From: an uncultured delta proteobacterium
GTDB lineage: Bacteria > Desulfobacterota > Desulfobacteria > Desulfobacterales > Desulfosarcinaceae
Assembly: GCA_963705435.1 (NCBI GenBank)
Contig: CAVPJR010000028.1
Coordinates: 22,104-86,103 of the forward strand
Reading direction: 5' to 3'
Length of the DNA: 64,000 bases
The notes under the pieces were generated by a model, which saw only the letters and a program-made list of their open reading frames with translations, did not search any database and was not told where the DNA came from. The position numbers and the translations under genes are program-made. Below are positions 1 through 9,634 of this stretch, piece after piece (the stretch's first letter is position 1; each line of letters starts with the position of its first letter).

Positions 1-884
1 TGGTTCTTCGACGAGAAGATCTCCGTTTCCAGATAGGCCCGATAGCGGTCGTCGTCCAGCGCCGCCTTCCGGTAGTGGTGCAGGCGGGTCGGGTCGTAGT
101 CGTAGTGCCGGTAGCAGGCGGTGGGCCAAGCCCCCATGGGGACATGCACCACGGCATCCACGCTAAAGAAAGGGATCTGGTTCCGTTCCGGCGCCCCGCG
201 CAGGAGGTCGTCGTCGACCAGCGTCTCACAGGTGACGATGAGGTGCCTGGCAGCCTTGGCCTGCTCCACATCGGCAAATGGCAGGCCGTTGATGCGGGCG
301 GTTCCCTGTCGGTCGGCGGCCTGTACGTGAATGATTGTGACATCCGGGTTGATCGCCGGTACCAGCACCACCCGGTCCGTATCGCACCAGCCGTCGAAGG
401 GGTTGTCCATGACGACCAGTTTACGGTCGGGAACGCGCGGATCTGCCTGGCGCGCGGTTTCCGAGAAGCCCCACCGGTTGACGATGTCCGACCCCAGCGA
501 GGAACGCGTCGGCAGGAAAGGCACGCCCATGGCACCGGCCATGAAACGCAGCGTCATCTGATAGTTGGTGTAGTCCTCGACCGGCAGTTGCCCGGATTCG
601 ACCGCTTTGCGGAACCGGATGCAGGTGGACGCGAACCGCCCGCTGCCGGCATAGGCGATCTCGAGCTGGTTCACGCAGCCAGCCCCGATCAGTTCGTCGA
701 CCCCCTGACCGTTGGAATGGGCGTAGAGATGCAAGCGGCCTTTTTTCTGGCGAATGATTTCATACACCGCCGCCATGGGATTGCGATTGATGGTAAATCC
801 GCCGATGGAGACGTGGGCGCCGTCGGGGACGAATCGGGAAACGGCGTCCGCCAGGGACATCAGCTTGTCGTTACTTACATTCAT
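1..884 (-). CDS. CoA transferase subunit A (glutaconate CoA-transferase alpha-like); 3' end runs off the window
   Basis: Manual translation from ATG at 884: MNVSNDKLMSLADAVSRFVPDGAHVSIGGFTINRNPMAAVYEIIRQ...VEDYTNYQMTLRFMAGAMGVPFLP, typical of family I CoA transferase alpha subunits. Missing from the ORF track because there is no stop in the window. Confidence 0.85.
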   Translation of the reverse strand, partial: MNVSNDKLMSLADAVSRFVPDGAHVSIGGFTINRNPMAAVYEIIRQKKGRLHLYAHSNGQGVDELIGAGCVNQLEIAYAGSGRFASTCIRFRKAVESGQLPVEDYTNYQMTLRFMAGAMGVPFLPTRSSLGSDIVNRWGFSETARQADPRVPDRKLVVMDNPFDGWCDTDRVVLVPAINPDVTIIHVQAADRQGTARINGLPFADVEQAKAARHLIVTCETLVDDDLLRGAPERNQIPFFSVDAVVHVPMGAWPTACYRHYDYDPTRLHHYRKAALDDDRYRAYLETEIFSSKN

Positions 885-929
885 GGGTGGGTGTTCCACT
901 TAGTATCTTAATGCTGAAATTCGTGTTTT

Positions 930-1115
930 TTTGTCAGAAAACAAAAGACAAATAGCAAGTAAATAAAAACCAATCGCCAAAAACCAAATGACAAATAAAT
1001 CGCAATACCCAAATTCAAAATTCCAAACAACCGTTGGTTTTAGTTTTTGTTGAGATTTGGTGCATGCATTTAATGTTTCCGGTAAATCCGGGTTTGGTAT
1101 TGGTTTGTCGTCTAT
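930..1115. repeat. Compositionally mirrored low-complexity intergenic tract (A/C-rich arm then T/G-rich arm; imperfect long hairpin)
   Basis: caaa/ccaaa-type short repeats (aaaccaaatgacaaat, cccaaattcaaaattccaaac) followed by ttggttttagtttttgttgagatttgg...tttggtattggtttgtc. Confidence 0.5.
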
Positions 1116-1120
1116 GGTGG

Positions 1121-2882
1121 TTACATAGTCAAATCCGGAAGTTCTCCCGTTTCGTGCCATCCCCTCAGGCGGTAGTAGTCGTCAATCAGCCGCCTCAGAT
1201 CTTCTGTTGCGATCCGACGACCGTCAGGCAGGGCCTCGTTCAACAGCCGTTTGGGCAGCCAGTCGTCCGTGGCACGCAGGCCCTCTCTCAAATTGAAGCG
1301 GCGGGCACTGTCGGTGACGCGGGCCGCCAGGGCTTGAAGGTCCTGCTTCTGCATGGTTTCGCCGGTGGTCAGGGCGATCATGTTGCCGATCTCATCCCAG
1401 GGGTACAAATCCCGGTAGAAACGGCAGACGATCAGGGTGTCGAAAAGGGTGCAGCGGTCCTCGAAATCGATGAACATGGCCGCCTTGTCTTCAATCTGGT
1501 CCGGATCGATGAGGCCGCTGAGTTCGGGTTTGTAAAAGGTAGTCCGCAGATGACAGGCGCCCCGGTCGGCCACGGCGTAGGCCAGCCCCATGCCTTTGAG
1601 TACCCGGGGATCGTAGCCCGAGGGTTCGAGCCCTTTGACGTGAACGGCGATATCTTCCAGGCCCAGCTCTTCGCTGGCCGGCCGGATCCCGTCGGCCAGC
1701 AGTCCGCCCACATCCTGCCGCAGCACGATTTTTTTAAGCAGCGCGGCGATCTGATCAGGCTGGTTGTAGTCGATCTCTATATCGATTTTTCCCCTTCGCT
1801 TGGCTTCGATGGCAAAGGCGGCCAGGTTGCCTGAACTCATGGTGTCCAACCCCATGCGGTCGCACAGATCGTTCAGGTAGACGATCTCCTCGATCTGATC
1901 GACCATGCAAAGCCCGCCGAAGGCATAAATGGTCTCGTACTCCGGCCCTTCCAGGGTCAATCCCTGGTGGCGGCCCTGCTGGACCCGAACCGATTTGCCG
2001 CAGGCCAGAAAACAGGTCCGGCAGGCCTTGGGTTTGGGCTGGCAGCGCTGCTGCATGCTCTGGGCATTGATGGCTTCAACATGCTGCACCGATCCCTGCG
2101 ACCAGTAACGGCTGGGAAATCCCCCGGCCTTGTTGAGGATATCAACCATCATGGGCGTACCGTTATTGCGGTAGGCCTGGGTAACGGCGTGATCCTTGTA
2201 GAGCGCCAATTTCTCTTTGGCATAGGCTTTTAAGCCTTCCGGATCGGCAAAGGGGCGCTTCTGGCCGCCGTGAAAGACGATGGCCTTGATCTTTTTGGAG
2301 CCCAATACCGCCCCCATCCCCGTGCGCCCGCATACCCGCCATCCGTCATTTTTGACGACGGCAAAACGCACACAGTTTTCACCGGCCGGGCCGATCACCA
2401 TAATGCCCGGCGACGCGGCAGCCACCCGTTTGCGCAGCGACCGCCTCGGTTTCGAACGTATCCAGCCCCCACAGGTCGTCCGCCTCATGAAAAAAGACAC
2501 CCTGGTCGGTGATCTCCAGCCACAGCGGGCGGTCCGAGGCGCCCTTGATGACAAAGGCATCGAAACCGGCCCGGCTCATGGCGATGGCCGCACTGCCGCC
2601 GGCATAGGATTCGCTGTACAGACCGGTCAGCGGGGATTTGGCGAACATGCCATGACGGCACGACCCGTGGAGGGCGCTGTCCGAGGCCGGACCCAGGGCA
2701 AACACCAGGTGGTTGTCGGGAGAAAAGGGATCAACGCCGGTTGGATTGCGATCCAGCAGCAGCTGGGTGCCCAGACCCTTGCCGCCCATGCAGGCTCCCA
2801 GGAACGCGTCACTCAGCGCCTCTGTCTGGGAGGATCGGTTGCTCACATCGACTGTCAGTGCCTGTTGAAAATAACCATGCAT
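1121..2882 (-). CDS. aor: Aldehyde:ferredoxin oxidoreductase (W/Mo AOR family), split by one frameshift near 2435-2445
   Basis: N-terminus MHGYFQQALTVDVS...KSPLTG...GLDTFETEA (ORF 2379-2882) continues in another frame as IGPAGEN...GRTGMGAVLGSK...CRTCFLAC...EGPEYET...GLDTMS...GYDPR (ORF 1121-2560). Confidence 0.88.
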
Positions 2883-2946
2883 TTTATTAAATCCTTTGGG
2901 GCCTGTCTAAAAAAGATAGATGTTGGTAATTCGTTCGCGCTTGTCC

Positions 2947-2998
2947 GTTTCCGTTTCATATGCCAATTTTCAAAACCTTACCCACATGAAACGGAAAC
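2947..2998. promoter_or_regulatory. Perfect 13-bp inverted repeat upstream of aor (operator or RNA stem-loop)
   Basis: gtttccgtttcat (2947-2959) / atgaaacggaaac (2986-2998), 26-bp spacer. Confidence 0.45.
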
Positions 2999-3019
2999 AA
3001 TATACGCAAAAACATAGAC

Positions 3020-3135
3020 TCAAATAACAAACCACAATTAACAAGTCTCAAATAAATTCCAAATATCCAAATCTCGAGAAAAAAACGAATGGTTGATTGT
3101 TAATTTTATTTTTTGACCTTGATATGAATCCTGAA
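3020..3135. repeat. Second A/C-rich then T/G-rich mirrored intergenic tract
   Basis: caaataacaaaccacaattaacaa...ttccaaatatccaaatc followed by ttgattgttaattttatttttt; aattaacaa/ttgttaatt are complementary. Confidence 0.45.
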
Positions 3136-4443
3136 TCAGGTACGCGAGACCGCTTCTAAACTTTCCTCCAGTATGGCCAGTCCCCTTTCCAGCTGTTCAT
3201 CGGTGATGACCAGCGGCATCAGGGTGCGGATGACATTGCCGAAATTACCGCAGGAAAGCAATACCAGTCCCTTTTCATAACAGCGGCCCACCAGTGCCTT
3301 GGCCTTGTCGGTGGCCGGCTTCTTGGATTCGCGATCCTCCACCAGCTCCATGGCCAGCATGGGACCTTTGCCGCGCACCTCGCCGATGATCTCGTAGCTT
3401 TCCTGCATGGCGGTAAACCGTGCCCGAAGGGTTTCACCCAATGCCACCGCCCGGTCCATCAGGCCGTCTTCAAACAGGATCTCCATGACGGCCAGCGCCG
3501 CCCGGCAGGAAACGGGGTTGCCACCGTAGGTGCCGCCCAGCCCCCCCACGTGGGACGCATTCATCATGTCAGCGCGGCCAATCACCGCCGACAGGGGCAT
3601 GCCGCCGGCAAAACTCTTGGCCATGGTGATGATGTCGGGGGTCACGCCCCAATGGTCGATGGCAAAGAATTTTCCCGTACGTCCGGCACCGCTCTGAACC
3701 TCATCGAGAATCAGGGCGATGCCATGCTTTTCGCAGATAGCTTTCAGTTTTGGAAAATACTCGGGGGGCGGGGTAACGAATCCGCCCTCCCCCTGGATGG
3801 GTTCGGCGATTACGGCCGCCGTCTGTTCCGCGGCCACATGACTGATAAAAAATTCTTCGAGGTAGTCGGCACAGGCGGTCCCGCAGGCCGGATAGGTCAA
3901 GCCGAAGGGGCACCGGTAACAATAGGCAAAGGGCATGCGGTAGACTTCCGGGGCAAAGGGACCGAAGCCGAACTTGTAGGGTTTCACCTTGCTGGTCAGG
4001 GTCATGGTCAAGAGGGTGCGGCCATGAAAGGCGTTTTCAAAACAGATGACCGCCGGTCGTTTGGTGGCGTAGCGCGCCACCTTGACTGCATTTTCCACCG
4101 CTTCGGCGCCGCTGTTGGCAAACAGGGTCATTTTGGCGAAATCCCCGGGTGCGAGCTGGTTGAGCCGCTCGGCCAGTTCCACATAGGGTTCGTACATGGC
4201 CACGTGAAAGCAGGTATGGATGAATTTACCGGCCTGGTCCCGGATGGCCGCCACCACCTTGGGATGGCAGTGCCCCACGTTGTTCACCCCGATGCCGCCG
4301 GCAAAATCGATCAGTTCGCGGCCGTCGACATCCACCATGACCGCCCCGCGGGCCTCCTTGATGAATGCGGTGGTGGTGTTAAAGGGTCCTTGGGGTACGT
4401 GTCGGTTGCGTTTTTCGAGTAATTCGTGGTTGCGGGCTGGCAT
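3136..4443 (-). CDS. gabT: 4-aminobutyrate--2-oxoglutarate transaminase (may also accept 5-aminovalerate)
   Basis: Class III PLP motifs DFAGGIGV, NSGAEAVENAVK, FHGRT, EPIQGEGG, DEVQSG, AKS, GGTYGGNP; start MPARNHELL at 4443 after AGGAG. Confidence 0.9.
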   Translation of the reverse strand: MPARNHELLEKRNRHVPQGPFNTTTAFIKEARGAVMVDVDGRELIDFAGGIGVNNVGHCHPKVVAAIRDQAGKFIHTCFHVAMYEPYVELAERLNQLAPGDFAKMTLFANSGAEAVENAVKVARYATKRPAVICFENAFHGRTLLTMTLTSKVKPYKFGFGPFAPEVYRMPFAYCYRCPFGLTYPACGTACADYLEEFFISHVAAEQTAAVIAEPIQGEGGFVTPPPEYFPKLKAICEKHGIALILDEVQSGAGRTGKFFAIDHWGVTPDIITMAKSFAGGMPLSAVIGRADMMNASHVGGLGGTYGGNPVSCRAALAVMEILFEDGLMDRAVALGETLRARFTAMQESYEIIGEVRGKGPMLAMELVEDRESKKPATDKAKALVGRCYEKGLVLLSCGNFGNVIRTLMPLVITDEQLERGLAILEESLEAVSRT

Positions 4444-4852
4444 ATGGGTGACTCCTTTGTTGAATGATGGATTTGGGGCACTAAAGGCTTTATTCATGCG
4501 GCAGCGTCGTCCATTGGAACGGTGCCCTGTTATAGGGCGAATACCATACCAACGTCCATTATGCATTGCCTTCTTTCCCGATGGCAAGGCCTTGAATGGA
4601 AATTACCATGGCTATCAAGTATGGTATTCCGCAGAAATAAGGCGTTTCTTCCACCGGTAAAAATTTTAACCGCTCAGTTTCGTTTAAGTTACCAAGAACC
4701 ATATACCCTTTTGTTCTGGTCTGCGCGCAACATTTTGCTTGCCATCATCAATTTAATTGAATATGCAGTTAATAATCGTATACAGTACTCCATTGGCATG
4801 ACAAGCCGCAAACGCACCGGAACTGTTTGAATCATAAAAATAGCACTGCCAA

Positions 4853-4972
4853 TTGAACCCTCCCCGCGGCAAGCCGCGGGGAGGGTTCACCGGAAGGATA
4901 AAAAGGCGATTTCCAGTTCGCTCGTATTCCCCGCCGCAAGCGGCGGGGAATGCGATCGCTATCGCGGTTCAA
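4853..4972. repeat. REP/PATE-like palindromic element with two GC-rich hairpins
   Basis: tgaaccctccccgcggc-aa-gccgcggggagggttca (17-bp perfect stem) and attccccgccgc-aa-gcggcggggaat; ends TTGAACC...GGTTCAA. Confidence 0.8.
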
Positions 4973-5095
4973 AATATATACTTTCAGATAATGATTTTGG
5001 CAAGGCAGAACGAGGACGTCGTACCCGTCAACCGTCGACGATCGAAAACGCCGATCCATACCATATCTGAAAGTCAACAGAGAACTGACTCGGTT

Positions 5096-5698
5096 ATGAG
5101 GAAAAATAAAAGCGCGGCGCTGAGAAAACCGGACATCCTCGAGAGCTATTATCAGGTGCTCATTCAGGAGGGACTGGAAGGCACCTCGATCAGCAAAATC
5201 GCCAACCGGATAGGCATTCACCCGAGCCTTATCATCCATTATTTCAAGAACAAAGAGAACATGAAGCTCGAGCTCGTTGATCTGCTGATCGAAAAATATC
5301 AGTCTCCGGCAATGATCAACTTCGACCATATTGAGGATGATGAAGAACACTTCAATGCGATCATCGACGTGCTGTTCTCGTTCAAGTGGAATCGAACCGT
5401 GGATCCGGGTGTGCATTTCGGTTTTTATTACCTGAGCTTGAGAAATGAACAGATATTGGCGCGCTTCAGGGTCATGTTCAAATGGCTGCGGGACTACCTG
5501 AGTGAAAAGCTGATCTATTTCAACGACAAGGGTATCATCAGGGTCAGGGATGCGATCAAGGCTGCCGATTATATTGTCACCCTGATGGAAGGGCTGGAAT
5601 TTCACTCCCAGTTTTTGGCCGACGGGAAGCATTTCGATGATTTTGCGCAATCCGCCCGGAAAGTCCTGGTCAGCGCATTGAGAAACGGCGAATTTTAA
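5096..5698 (+). CDS. TetR-family (BetI-like) transcriptional regulator
   Basis: N-terminal HTH GLEGTSISKIANRIGIHPSLIIHYFKNKE; likely start ATG 5096 (the longer ORF extends into the repeat element). Confidence 0.85.
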   Translation: MRKNKSAALRKPDILESYYQVLIQEGLEGTSISKIANRIGIHPSLIIHYFKNKENMKLELVDLLIEKYQSPAMINFDHIEDDEEHFNAIIDVLFSFKWNRTVDPGVHFGFYYLSLRNEQILARFRVMFKWLRDYLSEKLIYFNDKGIIRVRDAIKAADYIVTLMEGLEFHSQFLADGKHFDDFAQSARKVLVSALRNGEF

Positions 5699-5751
5699 TC
5701 CTTTAAAGGTGCCACATATCGCTCTCGGCCCTTTATATGGTTCCTATAAAA

Positions 5752-5767
5752 TTAAACGAACGTTCAA
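5752..5767. promoter_or_regulatory. Candidate TetR operator (imperfect palindrome)
   Basis: TTAAACGAACGTTCAA upstream of the fusion gene; TTGAATATGCAGTTAA with the same arms at 4757-4772, between gabT and tetR. Confidence 0.35.
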
Positions 5768-5827
5768 ATAATTGCCTTGGCCGCAGACAGTTCGCGCGGT
5801 CGACCCATTTCAACCAAGGAGCATCCA

Positions 5828-8800
5828 ATGCGTGATTACGAGGAGCATTTCAACAGCGACTACCAGGGAAGAGACATTCAGTCGGCTTATGCCGAGGCGC
5901 GCAAGATGGTGGACACCATCTTAACCCCTGCGGACCAGACTCCCCTTGAGGTCCGGCAGGACATTGCCAGAAAAACGGTGCGCAATTTCCGGGATCACAT
6001 CAACAAGGGATTCCTGGAATACCGCAAGTCGGTTACCGAGGCCGGCGACTTCGCCTATACGGAGTGGACCGGTCAGGGATCGGTTCTCGTGGATGCCCTG
6101 GGGCGCGAGTTTCTGGACATCCTGGGCGGCTTCGGACTTTACTCCTACGGCATCCGGCACCCTAAAATCGTGGCCGCGGTCAAGGCCCAGCTGGATCGCT
6201 CGCCCCAGTACAGCCAGGAGCTGCTCGATCCGCTCAGGGCCGAGTTGGGCCACGTGCTGGCACTGCTGACACCGGGAAAGATTCAGTACGGCTTCTTCGC
6301 CAATTCCGGGACCGAGGCGGTGGAAGGGGCCATGAAGCTGGCCAAGCTGTACACCGGCAAGAAGGGCTTCATCGCCTGTCTCAAGGGATTTCACGGCAAA
6401 ACCCTGGGCAGCTTGTCGCTCATCGGCAAAAAGGTGTTCCGCAAACCCCTGCTGCCGCTGCTGGACGGGGTGCAGCATGTGCCCTTCGGGGATGCCGATG
6501 CCGTGGAGCGACTGCTGGCGGCCGCCAAGACCGTCGGTCAGGACATCGCCGGCGTGGTGGTCGAGCCGGTCCAGGGCGAGGCCGGCGCCATCGTGCCGCC
6601 GGATGATTTCTGGCCCCGATTGCGAGAGGTGTGCAACCATTACGGCGTGCTGCTGATCGCCGACGAAGTGCAAACCGGATTCGGCCGCACCGGAAAAATT
6701 TTCGGCGTCGACCACTGGGATGTGACCCCGGACATCATGTGTTTCGGAAAAGCGCTGGGTGGCGGCGTCGTGCCCATGAGCGCATTTTTCTCCACGCCAG
6801 AAATTTGGTCGTGCATGGAACCCAACCCGTTCATGCATACCACCACCACCGGCGGCAACCCGCTGGCTTGTGCATCGGCCCTGGCGGCCATCACCGTGCT
6901 TATTGAAGACGACCTCGCCGGACAGGCCAAGGCCAAAGGGGAATACGTCCTCAAGCAGCTTGGCGTGCTGAAGGCACGCTATCCCGGCGTGCTGGCCAAG
7001 GCGCAGGGCTTGGGGCTGTTGCTGGGCATGGAGTTTCCCACGGACGGCGTCGGCTACAAGGTTGCCTCCGGCCTCTTTTCACGCGGTGTATTGACTGCCG
7101 GAACGCTTACCAACGCCAAAAACATCCGTTTCGAACCGGCCCTGAACATTCCCCAGGAGACATTGGACGAAGTCCTCACCCGCCTGGAGGATGTGTTCAA
7201 GTCCATCGATTTGCCCCAACGGAAAAAGGTCAGCAACCTGTATGCCGGCCGCATGCTGCATGTGGACCTCTCGGCAGGCAAGGTGACTGAGGAACCGTTG
7301 GAGGACGAATGGGTCAGAGAATATATCGGCGGCTGGGGGCTGGGCGCCAAATACTACACCGAATCCGTCGACCCCACGGTCGACCCCCTGTCGCCCGAGA
7401 ACACCATCGTCGTCATGACCGGTCCCATGGCCGGAACATTGGCCCCGACCGGATCCCGGACCTGTGTGGTTTCCAAATCGCCCCACACCGGAACGATCTT
7501 CGAATCCAACATCGGCGGTGCATTCGGGCCCGAACTCAAATTTGCCGGTTATGACGGCATTGTCATCAGCGGCAAGGCCGGCAAGCCGGTATGCCTGCAG
7601 ATTGAAGACGGCGCGGTCACCCTCGAAGATGCCAATGACCTGTGGGGTGCAGGCATTTTTGAAACCGAGCGAGCCTTGGAAGATAAAATGGGCAGCGGCA
7701 TGAAGAGCCTGTCCATCGGACCGGCCGGCGAGAATATCGTTCCCTATGCCTGTGTCGGTTCGGAGTCCTACCGCCAGATGGGCCGTGGCGGCGTCGGCAC
7801 CCTGTTCGGCAGCAAAAACCTCAAGGCCATCGCCGTCAGGGGAACCGGGGGTGTTCAGGTTGCCGAAATCGGCGAGTTCTGGGGCAAGGTGTCCGAACAT
7901 CTGGAGGGCAACCTGATGACCATCGACAACCAGTGGGCCAAGGACCAGGGCACGCCCATGCTGGTGGATGTGACCAACGAAATGGGCATCCACCCCACCC
8001 GCAACTTCACCCAAGGGGTCAATCCCAACCGCCGGCGGCTAGATGCGGACGCCGTGGCGGACATCAGGATCGGTGACCGGGCCTGCGCCACCTGTCCGCT
8101 GGGGTGCGGCAACTTCACATCGGTGAACGGGGTCCAGGTCGAGGGGCCCGAATATGAAACCCTTTGTCTGGGGGGATCCAACTGCGACATCAACGATATG
8201 GAACAGGTCGTCCGTTTCAACCGCACGTGTGACGACCTGGGGTTGGACACGATGTCCACCGGCAATGTGATCGGCCTGGCCATGGCCCTGACCGAGTCCG
8301 GTGCCGCCGACCTGGGACTGACCTTCGGTGACGCGGCATCCTACCTGCAGGTTCTGGATGAGATTGCCAACCAATCCACCCCGCGGGGCCGCGATCTCTC
8401 CCTGGGTGCCGCCAAACTTGCCGACAAATATGGCCAGCCCGACCAGGCGGCGCATTCCAAGGGAATGGAAATGCCGGGCTATGACCCGCGAGGCAATTAC
8501 GGCATGGGCCTGGCCTATGCCACCAGCGAGCGGGGCGCCTGCCATTTGCGGGCGTTTCCCCTGTTTGCCGACGATCCCTTCAAGCTGAAAGACCTGGCCA
8601 ACGATGTCGTTGCCATGCAGAACACCAACGGCGCCAAATGGTCCATGTGCTTTTGCGACTTCTGGGGATCGGTGAACACGACGATCATGGCCGATCTGCT
8701 GACCGCCGGCCTGGGGCGCCAGATATCGTCCACAGACCTGGACAAGGTCGGAGAGCGGGTCTGGAACCTGGTGCGCATGTTCAATCTGGCGGCGGGGTTT

Positions 8801-9004
8801 ACCGCCGCCGATGACACCCTTTCTGAAAAACTGACCAAACGGGCCCTTGAAAACGGACCTCACGAGGGGCGGACCCTCAGCCCCGAAACCCTGGAAGCGC
8901 TCAAGGGTTTCTATTATCGACGGCGGGGGTGGGATAAAGCCGGTCGGCCGAAAGCAACGAAATTGCGCGAGCTGGGATTGGCCGATCTGATTGAACACGC
9001 TTGA
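5828..9004 (+). CDS. Putrescine aminotransferase (PatA/YgjG-like) fused to aldehyde:ferredoxin oxidoreductase
   Basis: N-half: HINKGFLEYRKSVT, ELLDPLRA, NSGTEAVE, FHGKTLGSLS, DEVQTG, KALGGG, HTTTTGGNPLAC, AGTLTNAK. C-half: YAGRMLHVDLS, KSPHTG, IGPAGEN, CATCPLGC, EGPEYET, DDLGLDT, GYDPRG. ATG 5828 follows AAGGAG. Confidence 0.9.
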   Translation: MRDYEEHFNSDYQGRDIQSAYAEARKMVDTILTPADQTPLEVRQDIARKTVRNFRDHINKGFLEYRKSVTEAGDFAYTEWTGQGSVLVDALGREFLDILGGFGLYSYGIRHPKIVAAVKAQLDRSPQYSQELLDPLRAELGHVLALLTPGKIQYGFFANSGTEAVEGAMKLAKLYTGKKGFIACLKGFHGKTLGSLSLIGKKVFRKPLLPLLDGVQHVPFGDADAVERLLAAAKTVGQDIAGVVVEPVQGEAGAIVPPDDFWPRLREVCNHYGVLLIADEVQTGFGRTGKIFGVDHWDVTPDIMCFGKALGGGVVPMSAFFSTPEIWSCMEPNPFMHTTTTGGNPLACASALAAITVLIEDDLAGQAKAKGEYVLKQLGVLKARYPGVLAKAQGLGLLLGMEFPTDGVGYKVASGLFSRGVLTAGTLTNAKNIRFEPALNIPQETLDEVLTRLEDVFKSIDLPQRKKVSNLYAGRMLHVDLSAGKVTEEPLEDEWVREYIGGWGLGAKYYTESVDPTVDPLSPENTIVVMTGPMAGTLAPTGSRTCVVSKSPHTGTIFESNIGGAFGPELKFAGYDGIVISGKAGKPVCLQIEDGAVTLEDANDLWGAGIFETERALEDKMGSGMKSLSIGPAGENIVPYACVGSESYRQMGRGGVGTLFGSKNLKAIAVRGTGGVQVAEIGEFWGKVSEHLEGNLMTIDNQWAKDQGTPMLVDVTNEMGIHPTRNFTQGVNPNRRRLDADAVADIRIGDRACATCPLGCGNFTSVNGVQVEGPEYETLCLGGSNCDINDMEQVVRFNRTCDDLGLDTMSTGNVIGLAMALTESGAADLGLTFGDAASYLQVLDEIANQSTPRGRDLSLGAAKLADKYGQPDQAAHSKGMEMPGYDPRGNYGMGLAYATSERGACHLRAFPLFADDPFKLKDLANDVVAMQNTNGAKWSMCFCDFWGSVNTTIMADLLTAGLGRQISSTDLDKVGERVWNLVRMFNLAAGFTAADDTLSEKLTKRALENGPHEGRTLSPETLEALKGFYYRRRGWDKAGRPKATKLRELGLADLIEHA

Positions 9005-9076
9005 ACTGAAAAATGAAATCAACCGGGTGCCGTCCTGAAACCGGACGGCGGCCCTCCCGGCATAATGGAGGAACCA

Positions 9077-9622
9077 ATGGAAAAACACCTAATGGCCATT
9101 CCCAACCGATGTACCGGATGCAACCGATGCGTGTATGCCTGCTCGGCGGTCAAGGAGGGAATGTTCATGCCGTCCAAGGCGCGGATTCACGTCAACAATT
9201 TGTCCCACGAGGGTTACTCGGTGCCCAGCGTCTGTTTTCAATGCCCCAAGGCATCATGCATGGAGGCCTGCCCCACCGGCGCCATCTTCAGGAGCACGCG
9301 CGGGGTGGTGGTGGTGGATGCCAAAAAATGCGACGGGTGCGGGAACTGTATTTCCGCCTGCCCCTACGGCATGATCGAACAGTACGCATCCGGCACGGCT
9401 TACAAATGCGACCTGTGCGGCGGTGCACCGGCCTGCGTGGCCGAATGCCACTATGGCGCCCTGGTTTTCAAAGAAGCCGACAAGACATCCCTGGGCTGCC
9501 GCAAGGAGCAGATGAAACAACGCAGCAAATCCGGTGATCCGGAAGAAAAGCGCCGTGCCCTGGCCGTCGACGTGTTAAAAGGGGCCGAGCGCGTGCCCCG
9601 ATCCGCCGGCTATATGCGCTGA
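9077..9622 (+). CDS. 4Fe-4S dicluster protein (electron-transfer subunit, AOR partner)
   Basis: CTGCNRCVYAC, CFQCPKASCMEACP, CDGCGNCISACP, KCDLC...CVAEC; GGAGG RBS before ATG 9077. Confidence 0.88.
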   Translation: MEKHLMAIPNRCTGCNRCVYACSAVKEGMFMPSKARIHVNNLSHEGYSVPSVCFQCPKASCMEACPTGAIFRSTRGVVVVDAKKCDGCGNCISACPYGMIEQYASGTAYKCDLCGGAPACVAECHYGALVFKEADKTSLGCRKEQMKQRSKSGDPEEKRRALAVDVLKGAERVPRSAGYMR

Positions 9623-9634
9623 AAAAGGTTATCA

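Noticed and set aside
2430-2450. Programmed ribosomal frameshift in aor or potD
   Set aside because: No slippery heptamer, and similar breaks occur in unrelated genes.
9002-9049. TGA followed by a hairpin as selenocysteine/SECIS
   Set aside because: The AOR domain is already complete and another TGA follows three codons later; this is an ordinary intergenic stem-loop.
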